Shown: one piece after another, positions 17,698 through 26,693 of the stretch | How positions within the stretch are numbered: the stretch's first letter is position 1 | How the letters are laid out: every line of letters starts with the position of its first letter | Source of the DNA: Prevotella sp. | GTDB lineage: Bacteria; Bacteroidota; Bacteroidia; Bacteroidales; Bacteroidaceae | Assembly: GCA_052356385.1 (NCBI GenBank) | Contig: DAWDAD010000007.1 | Coordinates: 6,465-70,464 of the forward strand | DNA length: 64,000 bases | Direction of reading: 5' to 3' | Notes under the pieces: model-generated | Database searches by the model: none | What the model was told of the DNA's origin: nothing | What the model saw: the letters and a program-made list of their open reading frames with translations, nothing else | Program-made: the position numbers and the translations under genes

Positions 17698-20364
17698 ATG
17701 AAGAAACAAATACTTACATTGGCTATGCTGTCCGCTCTGGCGCTCTCAGCTCATGCCCAACAGCCAGCCAGTCAGCTGTTGCCTTATCAGAACCCTAACC
17801 TTTCTGCCGAGGCAAGAGCCAATGACTTACTTTCACGCCTGACCCTGGAGGAAAAGACGAAGCTGATGATGGATGCTTCGCCTGCCATCTCCCGACTGGG
17901 TATCCCTCAGTTTCAATGGTGGAACGAGGCGCTGCATGGCGTGGCACGCAACGGATATGCCACGGTTTTCCCTATCACCATGCACATGGCTTCTTCCTGG
18001 GATGATGCCTTGCTCTATCAGGTGTTTACTGCCGTAAGCGATGAGGCGAGAGCCAAGGCGCAGGTGGCGAAGAAGTCGGGTAATGTAAAGAGATATCAGA
18101 GTCTGAGCTTCTGGACTCCGAATGTCAATATCTTCCGTGATCCTAGATGGGGACGCGGACAGGAGACTTATGGCGAAGATCCTTATCTCACCACACGTAT
18201 GGGACTTGCTGTGGTGAATGGCTTGCAGGGACAGTCGTTCGACGGCAAGCCGCTGGCGGCTCCTGGTGTTCCGGCTTCTGATCAGTCTAAGGCTCCCCAG
18301 TATGTCAAGACGCTGGCTTGTGCCAAGCATTTCGCCGTGCATAGCGGTCCGGAGTGGAATCGCCATGTCTTCAATCTGGAGAATCTGCCAGCCCGTGATT
18401 TGTGGGAGACTTATCTCCCTGCCTTCAAGTCGCTGGTACAAGATGGACATGTGGCTGAGGTGATGTGTGCCTATCAGCGTATAGATGGTGCTCCTTGCTG
18501 TTCCAACGCCAAGTTTGAGCGCCAGATTCTCAGAGACGAATGGGGATTCAAGGGATTGATTACTTCCGATTGCGGAGCTGTCAACGATTTCTATATGCCG
18601 GGTTATCATGGTACGGCAAAGACTGCTACCGAGGCAACTGCCCAGGCTGTTAATGCCGGTACCGACCTGGAGTGCGGCAACGCCTATCGCACCATTCCGC
18701 AGGCTGTGAAGGCGGGAATGATCAATGAAGATAAGGTAAACCAGAGCCTGAAGCGCCTGCTGGTGGCTCGTTTCAAGCTGGGCGATTTCGATAAGGACGA
18801 AACGGTGGCATGGACTCAGATTCCTGAGAACGTCATCGCCTGCAAGGCTCATAAGGATCTGGCTGAGAAAATAGCAGAAGAAGGCATCGTACTTCTTCAG
18901 AACAGAAACCAGCTGCTGCCATTGAACCGCAATCAGAAGATTGTGGTGATGGGACCTAATGCCAATGACTCCATCATGCTGCGAGGCAACTATTCGGGTT
19001 ATCCTACCAGTTCTACCACCATCCTCCAGGGCATTCGCAACTATATGAAGGGGGCTGAGGTAAAGTATGTTCCGGCTTGTACCTTGACAAGAAACGAGGT
19101 GCAGGAGAGCCGTTTCAACCTCTTCCGTGAGGGAATGAAGGCTACCTATTGGAACAATCAGAATCAGGAGGGCGAGCCGGTGGCTACGGATGTGATGAAG
19201 ACTGCCATCAATCTGAGCAATGGTGGTAATACCGTGTTTGCACCGGGTGTGAATCTTACTCATTTCTCTGCCCGCTATGAGGGTGTGTTGACTCCTGACA
19301 GGGATGAGGATCTTACCATCAATATGGGTATTGATGACGGTTGCCGCCTGATAGTGGATGGTGATACCATCGTAAACATGAGGGAGTGCTGGGGGCGCGT
19401 GGCGCCTATCATCAAACCGCTCTCTCTGAAAGCAGGCAAGCCGGTCAAGATTCAGGTAGATTATACCCAGAAGGAAGATGTGGCTGTGATGCAGTTTGAT
19501 ATCCTGAAGACTTCGAAACCTACCAGCGAGCAGATTCTGGCAGAGGTGGGCGATGCGGATGCCGTGGTATTCGTAGGCGGTATCTCTCCAAACCTGGAGG
19601 GAGAACAGCTTGAGATAGAGGAACCGGGATTCAAGGGCGGCGACAGAACCGACCTGGAGTTGCCGAAGGCTCAGCGTCAGGTCATCGCCATGCTGCATCA
19701 GGCAGGCAAGCGTGTCGTCTTTGTCAACTGTTCGGGATGTGCCATCGCTATGGTTCCTGAGACGGAAAATGCCGAGGCTATCCTTCAGGCATGGTATCCT
19801 GGTGAACGGGGTGGTGAGGCTGTAGCCAAGGTTCTCTTTGGCGAGGTGAATCCATCGGGCAAGCTTCCGGTTACCTTCTATAAGAGTGTGAACGATCTTC
19901 CTGATTTCCTCGATTATACGATGAAGAATCGTACCTATCGTTATTTCAAGGGTGAGCCTTTGTTCCCATTCGGTTACGGTTTGAGTTATACCTCTTTCGA
20001 GTATGGCAAACCTACCCTGATGCAGGTGAAGAGCAGGAAGCGTGGCAGCAAGGATGCTGCTGATTACAAGCTGATGTTCTCCTTGCAGAATACGGGCAAG
20101 CGTGAGGGTACCGAAGTAGCGCAGGTTTATATCAAGCGCATGGATGACGTGGATGGACCTGTCAAGAGTCTCAAGGCTTTCAAGCGTGTGTCTTTGAAGG
20201 CTGGCGAGCGCCAGATGGTGAGCATCGATCTTCCTCGCAAGAGTTTCGAGGGTTGGGATGCCCAGACCAACACCATCCGCGTGGTTCCTGGCACTTACCA
20301 GGTATTTGTTGGCGGTTCCAGCGCTGATGCAGCCAAGACTAAGATAGAAGTGAAGATCAAGTAA
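17698..20364 (+). CDS. xyl3A: GH3 beta-xylosidase with PA14 and Fn3-like domains
   Basis: WWNEALHG, RDPRWGRGQETYGEDP, CAKHF, TSDCGA; signal peptide. Confidence 0.88.
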   Translation: MKKQILTLAMLSALALSAHAQQPASQLLPYQNPNLSAEARANDLLSRLTLEEKTKLMMDASPAISRLGIPQFQWWNEALHGVARNGYATVFPITMHMASSWDDALLYQVFTAVSDEARAKAQVAKKSGNVKRYQSLSFWTPNVNIFRDPRWGRGQETYGEDPYLTTRMGLAVVNGLQGQSFDGKPLAAPGVPASDQSKAPQYVKTLACAKHFAVHSGPEWNRHVFNLENLPARDLWETYLPAFKSLVQDGHVAEVMCAYQRIDGAPCCSNAKFERQILRDEWGFKGLITSDCGAVNDFYMPGYHGTAKTATEATAQAVNAGTDLECGNAYRTIPQAVKAGMINEDKVNQSLKRLLVARFKLGDFDKDETVAWTQIPENVIACKAHKDLAEKIAEEGIVLLQNRNQLLPLNRNQKIVVMGPNANDSIMLRGNYSGYPTSSTTILQGIRNYMKGAEVKYVPACTLTRNEVQESRFNLFREGMKATYWNNQNQEGEPVATDVMKTAINLSNGGNTVFAPGVNLTHFSARYEGVLTPDRDEDLTINMGIDDGCRLIVDGDTIVNMRECWGRVAPIIKPLSLKAGKPVKIQVDYTQKEDVAVMQFDILKTSKPTSEQILAEVGDADAVVFVGGISPNLEGEQLEIEEPGFKGGDRTDLELPKAQRQVIAMLHQAGKRVVFVNCSGCAIAMVPETENAEAILQAWYPGERGGEAVAKVLFGEVNPSGKLPVTFYKSVNDLPDFLDYTMKNRTYRYFKGEPLFPFGYGLSYTSFEYGKPTLMQVKSRKRGSKDAADYKLMFSLQNTGKREGTEVAQVYIKRMDDVDGPVKSLKAFKRVSLKAGERQMVSIDLPRKSFEGWDAQTNTIRVVPGTYQVFVGGSSADAAKTKIEVKIK

Positions 20365-20369
20365 GCCCT

Positions 20370-20411
20370 CATAGCTGAAAGTTCGGCATGTTCGGCGAAC
20401 TTTCAGCTATG
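20370..20411 (+). terminator. Intrinsic terminator after GH3
   Basis: catagctgaaagttcg / cgaactttcagctatg. Confidence 0.7.
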
Positions 20412-20492
20412 GCTCATTTTTTAACCATTATGCTTGGTTTATTCGGATTTTCTTTGTAACTTAGCAGCGCAAAACGTAAAGCATGAAGGAAT

Positions 20493-21629
20493 ATGGCAAA
20501 AATAGTAAATTTCTATCCTGTAGGAATACAGACATTCTCAAATATCAGAGAGGGGAATTATCTCTATGTAGATAAGACCCAATATATCGTGGATTTTCGA
20601 GAGAAAAAGATGAAGTACGTCTTTCTGAGTCGTCCAAGACGATTCGGCAAGTCGCTCTTTGCCTCTACCCTCCAGGCTTATTTTGAGGGAAGAAAGGAAC
20701 TCTTCGAGGGCTTGGCCATTGCTGATTACGAGAAGAAATGGGTGAAGCATCCTGTGCTCCACTTCGACCTGAGCGGTGCCAAGCACATGAGCGTGGAACA
20801 GCTGGAAAGATACCTGGCAGATATGCTTGAAGAGCAGGAAACCATTTGGGGATACAAGACTCATCAGGTGGATGCCAACCTTCGCCTGAAAGACCTGGTG
20901 AAGCGAGCTTACGAGCAGACGGGCAAGAATGTGGTAGTAATCATTGATGAATATGATGCCCCATTATTGGATGTGGTACATGAGAAGGAGAATCTGCAGA
21001 CGCTCCGTCGCATCATGCAGAACTTCTACAGTCCTCTGAAGATGCTCGACCCATACCTGGAGTTCACCTTCATCACGGGCATCACCAAGTTCTCGCAGCT
21101 CAGCATCTTCAGCGAGCTCAACAACCTCGACAACATCAGTATGTTCGACCAGTATTCGGCAATCTGCGGTATCAGCAAGAAGGAACTTACCACGCAGATG
21201 AAAACGGATGTGGCAGCGCTGGGCGAAGATCTTGGAATGACGTATGAAGAATGCCTGGCAGAGCTGACAAGATTCTACGACGGCTATCATTTCAGTAAGA
21301 AATCAGAAGATGTCTTCAATCCGTTCAGTCTGGTAAAGGCATTAAATGCACGGGATATTGCTCCTTACTGGTTCGGCAATTCATATATCCATAAAACTGC
21401 CAATGAATATCTTTATAATTTTGATGTAACAAAGAATTATAAAATTCACGATTTGCCTGAAATTCCTTTCGGGGAGGCTGACATAATTCCTTTTCTTTTT
21501 CAATATGGAATTCTCTCAATAAAAAAATATAATCCTATTATTGGGGTATATACTATAGGTGTACCTAATGAAGATATTAGAAAAGGGCTATCTGATTCCT
21601 TATACTGCCGATGGCAAGCGTTTGTTTAA
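20493..21629 (+). CDS. AAA-ATPase_like family protein, chimeric, lacking the usual C-terminal PD-(D/E)XK domain (possible pseudogene)
   Basis: [38 protein letters not shown]; composition shifts at about 21378. Confidence 0.75.
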   Translation: MAKIVNFYPVGIQTFSNIREGNYLYVDKTQYIVDFREKKMKYVFLSRPRRFGKSLFASTLQAYFEGRKELFEGLAIADYEKKWVKHPVLHFDLSGAKHMSVEQLERYLADMLEEQETIWGYKTHQVDANLRLKDLVKRAYEQTGKNVVVIIDEYDAPLLDVVHEKENLQTLRRIMQNFYSPLKMLDPYLEFTFITGITKFSQLSIFSELNNLDNISMFDQYSAICGISKKELTTQMKTDVAALGEDLGMTYEECLAELTRFYDGYHFSKKSEDVFNPFSLVKALNARDIAPYWFGNSYIHKTANEYLYNFDVTKNYKIHDLPEIPFGEADIIPFLFQYGILSIKKYNPIIGVYTIGVPNEDIRKGLSDSLYCRWQAFV

Positions 21630-21695
21630 GATTGGTGTAAATTACGACAGCACCCAGCGCACTATTAGCGATTGGATTATCAAAGAAGAATAAAA

Positions 21696-21751
21696 AAGGC
21701 GATAGGTGCACTAACTCTTGAATCAATAAGATTTAGTACACCTATCACCTT
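21696..21751. terminator. Bidirectional stem-loop between convergent genes
   Basis: aaggcgataggtgcactaa ... ttagtacacctatcacctt. Confidence 0.6.
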
Positions 21752-21773
21752 TAGTTTTACTTTTATATGTTTT

Positions 21774-22217
21774 TTATTTTTGTTTCAACCAAGAAGGAAT
21801 CTGCTTTAAGACAAAAATTGCTGCAAGGCTAATTGCTGTAGCAACACCTAATCCTGTAGCAACACTATCATGACCTAAAAGACCTAGAATAAAAGCAAAG
21901 CAGCCAAATAGAGAAACCAATACGGCTCCTATAATTTGTCCAGTTTTAGACTGTTGAATCTGAGCTTCTAATTCTTTATTCTCTTTATCCATACGATGAT
22001 CTGCTTGTTTTTCCATAAGAGTTAAAACTCTATTCATAGAACCTGGCATAATGTTCTCGTATTTTTCGAAATCTTCTGGAGAAGGTAATGGACCGCTCCA
22101 GGATTTACGTTCGTATGCATAGATAGCTGCAACAACTTTATCTTTATCTTCTTTAGGAAGTTCACTAATGATTTTTTCTAAAGTTTTCTCTTTTTCATTG
22201 ATAGAATTATCGTCCAT
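21774..22217 (-). CDS. DUF2335-like membrane protein
   Basis: WSGPLPSPEDFEKYENIMPG...MEKQADHR plus two C-terminal TM helices; start moved to MDDNS. Confidence 0.8.
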   Translation of the reverse strand: MDDNSINEKEKTLEKIISELPKEDKDKVVAAIYAYERKSWSGPLPSPEDFEKYENIMPGSMNRVLTLMEKQADHRMDKENKELEAQIQQSKTGQIIGAVLVSLFGCFAFILGLLGHDSVATGLGVATAISLAAIFVLKQIPSWLKQK

Positions 22218-22425
22218 TTGGAACCTCCTTTCTAAATAAATCGAATGCAATTTGCATATCTGTACCTATAACTTCCCAATCATTTCTTAAGACTTTTAAA
22301 TCATCCTTTAAAGACTTTGGTTTATAGGAAATACTAGAGCCAAATATATTCGTAATGCTTCCCATACCTTTTACGTATGGGTTATTAGCTAACTTTGATA
22401 TTCTTTCTATAAAAGATTTCTTCAT
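22207..22425 (-). CDS. Small hypothetical protein coupled to the DUF2335 gene
   Basis: 72 aa, DLKVLRNDWEVIGTDM; 11-nt overlap with the next gene; TAACTTTG promoter box upstream. Confidence 0.65.
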   Translation of the reverse strand: MKKSFIERISKLANNPYVKGMGSITNIFGSSISYKPKSLKDDLKVLRNDWEVIGTDMQIAFDLFRKEVPNGR

Positions 22426-23293
22426 AATTCAATCTCCTTTATTCTTATTTGTTGCAAAGTTACGCTTTTTTCTCGAATCAACCAAGAAAAAAACTATTTT
22501 TCTTTTGTATATTAAATGAATTTTTGCAAGTATGCACCACTCGCTATGAAAGGGCAGAAGCTTTCCATAGTAATTGAAATGTACCTTATGAAGGAAAGGT
22601 TTCACATATTGGATAACCTCTTGTAAGGTGTGTTGTATAAAGGCAATAACTCATAGGCTTAATAGTCATACATCCACGTATTGTTGGTTAGTACATCTAG
22701 AATTATATAGTTGTTGGCATTTGCCAGCAACTATGCTTGTATTTGCCAACAAGTTTGCTGGTAAATACAAGTAATAATATGAATCAGGTTCCTTAAGGTG
22801 AAAGATATGTTATCTCTGATCATATAGCCTATGAACTGAAGCCTTTATGAATGCTTAAGAAAGCATCTAACAATAACCGCAGCTTAGTGAAATATGACTT
22901 ATACTGATATAGATAGACAAGTTATCTGTTTCGGATTTTTTTGATACTTTTTCGTTAGGATGAGCCGAGTATTTAGAGCCCACTTAATTTGTTAACGAAT
23001 CTAACTCGCTCTAAATTGGACTTTGATTGAATATCAAGAAGTTGGGCGTTTGCCTATATTATATAGGTAACAATATGGAAACGAGCGGACTTCTGCTCGT
23101 TTCTGTATTTTGCAATATGCAAAGAACGCCTTAATTCGGGGACAAAGATACGATATTTTTCTAAATCTCGCATAGCTTACAAGGAGAAAAACTTGGAAAT
23201 TAGAACTTTTTACGTTAAAATCCATATTTGACAAGCAGATTTTGAAGAAAATATTTGGAGTTTCCAATAAAAAAGAGTATTGTTTGCAGCAAC

Positions 23294-23337
23294 AAATCCC
23301 ACCACGCCTCTCAACGATGCGTACCACGGTGGGACTT
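23294..23337 (+). ncRNA. Structured leader RNA upstream of the Abi gene (candidate AbiF RNA antitoxin / abiF-type motif)
   Basis: Outer stem tcccacc/ggtggga, inner acgc/gcgt; just after a -33/-7-like promoter and about 20 nt before the ATG. Confidence 0.6.
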
Positions 23338-23356
23338 CGCTTTTTATAAAGGGTAT

Positions 23357-23662
23357 ATGGATTACGACAAACAACCGATAAATGTAGATGAACAGGTTGC
23401 CTTGCTCCAGAACAGAGGGCTGGTGATAGAAGATATTGCAACTGCCAAATTGCAGCTTCGCAATATCAGTTATTTTCGTATTGCCAGTTACCTACGATAG
23501 TCTTAAAAAGCAAGTGGCAAGAGAGTTTGGACTACCTCAATACACTTACTTGGAAAGTTGGATAAGGTGCATAACCGTGCTTCGCAATTGTTGTGCACAC
23601 CATGCTCGTATATGGAATAGGCGTTTTGCATTGAAGCCACAATTGCCAAATCGGCTTCCCTT
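23357..23662 (+). pseudogene. Abi_2 (AbiD/AbiF) HEPN protein, internally deleted, frameshifted and 3'-truncated
   Basis: MDYDKQPINVDEQVALLQNRGL...ISYFRIASYLR*, then in another frame WIRCITVLRNCCAHHARIWNR (R-x4-H HEPN motif). Confidence 0.85.
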
Positions 23663-23890
23663 GACACGCAAAGCATTGATAATCAGTGGAATAAAATCCT
23701 TTGATGCACAAAGATGCCTTTCCGCATTGTTACCTGCTTTGCATAGGTAACTGTGGCTCACGATTTAGTAACTGAACTACTTCAATATTCCTCACTCGCT
23801 TGCTTTATGCCGATTTGGCAACTTTGTGCAAATCTACTCATTCCCAACTGTTTACGTTCCAACCTCTCTTATTCTCCTTTGGCTGCTTTA
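23663..23890. mobile_element. Possible terminal remnant of a Bacteroidales integrative element
   Basis: Begins where Abi homology stops; gttacct/aggtaac hairpin and cgatttagtaactgaa resemble, from recollection, integrase-element ends. Confidence 0.3.
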
Positions 23891-24014
23891 GAGCTTTATG
23901 TTAACAAATATAAGTCATAGTTTTCTTTCCTGCAACTCATAGATTTCTTCCCTGTAGCTCATAGATTTTGGCATCATTGCCCATTGTTTTTAAGCAAAAA
24001 TGGGCTAAAAAAAT

Positions 24015-24131
24015 AACACGGACAAATTGAATTTGTCCGGCTCTTTTGTCCGGACGCTTATAAGTTGTTAGAAATGAATGATTTATAAAGCGCCGGACAA
24101 TTTGTCCGGACAAATTCAATTTGTCCGTGTT
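24015..24131. repeat. Nested inverted-repeat element with 26-bp perfect arms
   Basis: aacacggacaaattgaatttgtccgg (24015-24040) and its reverse complement (24106-24131). Confidence 0.9.
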
Positions 24132-24341
24132 TTAAAAATGAAGCTTAATTCATCCCTACCACATTCGTAGTAATGCTTCTGTCCTCCTTTCATATTTTAC
24201 CTCGCCTTGGCAAGATATTGCTCTAGTACAGGGCAATATAATGCCAAGGCGAGGCAAGAAACGATGTGTCCTCTCGTATTGGTGGAATTGGTGCATCAGG
24301 CTTTCTTCTGATGCGTCGTATAGAATCCTAATCTCTTTTTT

Positions 24342-24586
24342 ACTCTTCACCTTTCACCTTTTCGCCTGAAACCCCGATAAACACTGGGGCTTCGGGAGGT
24401 GAAGAGTGCTTACTCACTCTTCACCACTCTTCACCCGCCTGAAATCTTCTGATGGATGCAGTAGAAACGGAAAAAAATAATAAGGTGAAGAGGGGTGAAG
24501 AGTGGTGAAGAGTCAAGCTGACTCTTCACCCTATTCAAGCTTCTGTATATCAGATGATTAGAATGGATTGGTGAAGGGTGAAGAGT
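24342..24586. repeat. Iteron-like TTCACC/GGTGAA element with 17-bp terminal inverted repeats
   Basis: actcttcacctttcacc ... ggtgaagggtgaagagt (1 mismatch); about ten internal copies. Confidence 0.85.
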
Positions 24587-24663
24587 GTTTTGCAATTTTT
24601 GTGCTGAAATTCTCTGTTGTTAGGAATGGAGGAGGGAAAATGGAGTCTTATGGATATAAAAAA

Positions 24664-24688
24664 AGGAGAGAACATCAAGTTCTCTCCT
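24664..24688 (-). terminator. Intrinsic terminator after susD
   Basis: aggagagaac-atcaa-gttctctcct with a T-run on the minus strand. Confidence 0.75.
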
Positions 24689-24728
24689 CTTTTATAATTA
24701 ATGAAAGTGTCTTTCATTTAAATTCTTT

Positions 24729-26663
24729 TTATTTTACGTTAGGACCTTCACCCCACTGTGGAGCACCCTGGTCCTGCCATACACGCTCTGAGTTCAAAGT
24801 AGTACCGTCGTTGGCACCTGCTGTAAAACCTTGGTCTTCGTAAGCCTTCTTCAAGATATCCTTCATCAAGTCTGTATCAACGATATTTTCAAGGCGAGAA
24901 CGACGAGCAATGGATGTTGCTGGATAGCCCTCGGATGCGTAGTCGATACGAGGATATAATGTAGAGTTGAATTCTGGGACACCAGAACGACGAGCTGTTA
25001 CAAACATATCCTTAGGCTGATAAGTGAAGTGGATTTCCATCTGAAGGAAAATCTTTTCCAAGTCAGCATCCTTGTCGCCTGTCAATTGGTAAGCTGGATG
25101 AGTCAACATCTTGTCTATTTCTCCATCTTGCAAATCAATGACTTTCTCATTAGGGTCATAAGAATAAGTATTTCCATAATATGGAATCTTGTTCAAACCT
25201 GCCAACTTGTCGTATGCTTCAACAGAGTAGCGAATAGCTTTTTGGAAATATGCGTTAGCATCTCCACTGATTGCACCATAGGTGGCAAACTCTGCTAAGT
25301 AGAAGTTCACTTCTGCTGTTGTCATGTACATACCATACCAAGGACGATCGTCTGTACTTTGGATAACCTTGATGGTACCATCTTCTTCAGCAGGACGTGT
25401 TGGCAAAGTGAAATCTAAGCGACCTTGAAGCATATACTCGCTGAAACGAGAATATGGACGATAAGTCTTATTGCCAGGAATCTCCTTCTGGTAATCAGTG
25501 TAGTTGAAGTATTCCTTGTAAGCACGGTCTGTACTATTGTTTACACCATATTCTGTAGGCAATCCATAGTAGCGTACCCATGGCTCACCTTTGCCTTTCC
25601 ATGCCTTGAAAGTCTCTTTCCCATTGACGGTCTGTGTCTCCACATTGTCCATAATGTATGAAGGAATATCGTCCTTTCTTCCATTCTCCAAGAACCATGC
25701 TACGATTTCTGAATTCCAAGAGTTCTTGGTATAGAAGAAACGTACACGTGGGTCGTCATTGTCAATCAAGAAGTTGCACATCTGTTGTGTTGGAGCCTGA
25801 CCATTGTAAGAAACAGTTGTGTTGGTAGTGTTGTATGCAATATCACCCTTATCCAACTTAGAATCTTTTCCTGTCGTGATATTCTCGCTAGCCTTGTTGA
25901 ATACCATATCGTCGTCCAAACCATCAAGAACTCCACAAGAAGCACTTGTTACTTCTTGCGCAATAGCCTTTGCACGAGCAAAGTCTTTGTGAATCAAACG
26001 TGCTGCAATCTTCAATTTCAAAGAGTTAGCAAGTTTTGCCCACTTAGCCCAACTGCCATCATATACGAGGTCGTTATGGGATGGTGACTCTTGGTTTGTA
26101 TTTGTTGTAAATGCCTTGATGCAGTTGTCGAGGTTGTTTAACCACAAATCATACAAATCTTGCATTCTGTCATACTTAGGTGTGTATGTTCCACCATAGC
26201 GTGCTTGTGCAGACTCAGTGAAAGGCATGTCTCCACAATCGTCGGTATCGTAGATGCCAAGATAAGTAATCAACACATCAAGGGCAGCTTGAGTGTTCTT
26301 GTATTTCGCGGCGTCTTCCTCGCTCATTGCTGCAAGTTCTTTTTCCATAGCATATTTGTAACCAAGTACATTGATGCTTTGGAAACCTTGGCGTGAAGCA
26401 CCACCAGTGAATGCATCTTGGTTCATACCACCAGATGGAACAGCCAACTGTGACGCAATAAAGAACTTAGGTGCTTGGTTGAACCAAAGCATATAAGGGC
26501 AGGCATTCCATTCGTAGATAGCTTGGGTGAGAAGCTGTGAAGGAGAGGCTACAGTCACTGCCGAAGGGTCCTGATTCAAGTCTTTGAATGTGTCTTGGCA
26601 GCTAGTTGTAAGTAACATTCCACCTACGACTCCTGCAAATAATAGTGACTTATATTTATTCAT
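24729..26663 (-). CDS. SusD/RagB-family lipoprotein
   Basis: Lipobox LLTTSC, DLNQDPS, PKYD, WAKLANSLKLK; follows SusC. Confidence 0.9.
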   Translation of the reverse strand: MNKYKSLLFAGVVGGMLLTTSCQDTFKDLNQDPSAVTVASPSQLLTQAIYEWNACPYMLWFNQAPKFFIASQLAVPSGGMNQDAFTGGASRQGFQSINVLGYKYAMEKELAAMSEEDAAKYKNTQAALDVLITYLGIYDTDDCGDMPFTESAQARYGGTYTPKYDRMQDLYDLWLNNLDNCIKAFTTNTNQESPSHNDLVYDGSWAKWAKLANSLKLKIAARLIHKDFARAKAIAQEVTSASCGVLDGLDDDMVFNKASENITTGKDSKLDKGDIAYNTTNTTVSYNGQAPTQQMCNFLIDNDDPRVRFFYTKNSWNSEIVAWFLENGRKDDIPSYIMDNVETQTVNGKETFKAWKGKGEPWVRYYGLPTEYGVNNSTDRAYKEYFNYTDYQKEIPGNKTYRPYSRFSEYMLQGRLDFTLPTRPAEEDGTIKVIQSTDDRPWYGMYMTTAEVNFYLAEFATYGAISGDANAYFQKAIRYSVEAYDKLAGLNKIPYYGNTYSYDPNEKVIDLQDGEIDKMLTHPAYQLTGDKDADLEKIFLQMEIHFTYQPKDMFVTARRSGVPEFNSTLYPRIDYASEGYPATSIARRSRLENIVDTDLMKDILKKAYEDQGFTAGANDGTTLNSERVWQDQGAPQWGEGPNVK

Positions 26664-26693
26664 ATTATTTATCTTTATTTATTCTTATTTACT

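Noticed and set aside
17833..19698. 621-aa antisense ORF (also 8090-9250, 14331-15383, 38222-39304, 41019-41990)
   Set aside because: Shadow frames of well-supported genes with no recognisable motifs
24156..24350. 64-aa ORF between the two repeat elements
   Set aside because: Starts inside a repeat and has no recognisable motif
24342..24586. CRISPR array or IS element
   Set aside because: Short repeats in both orientations and no transposase ORF
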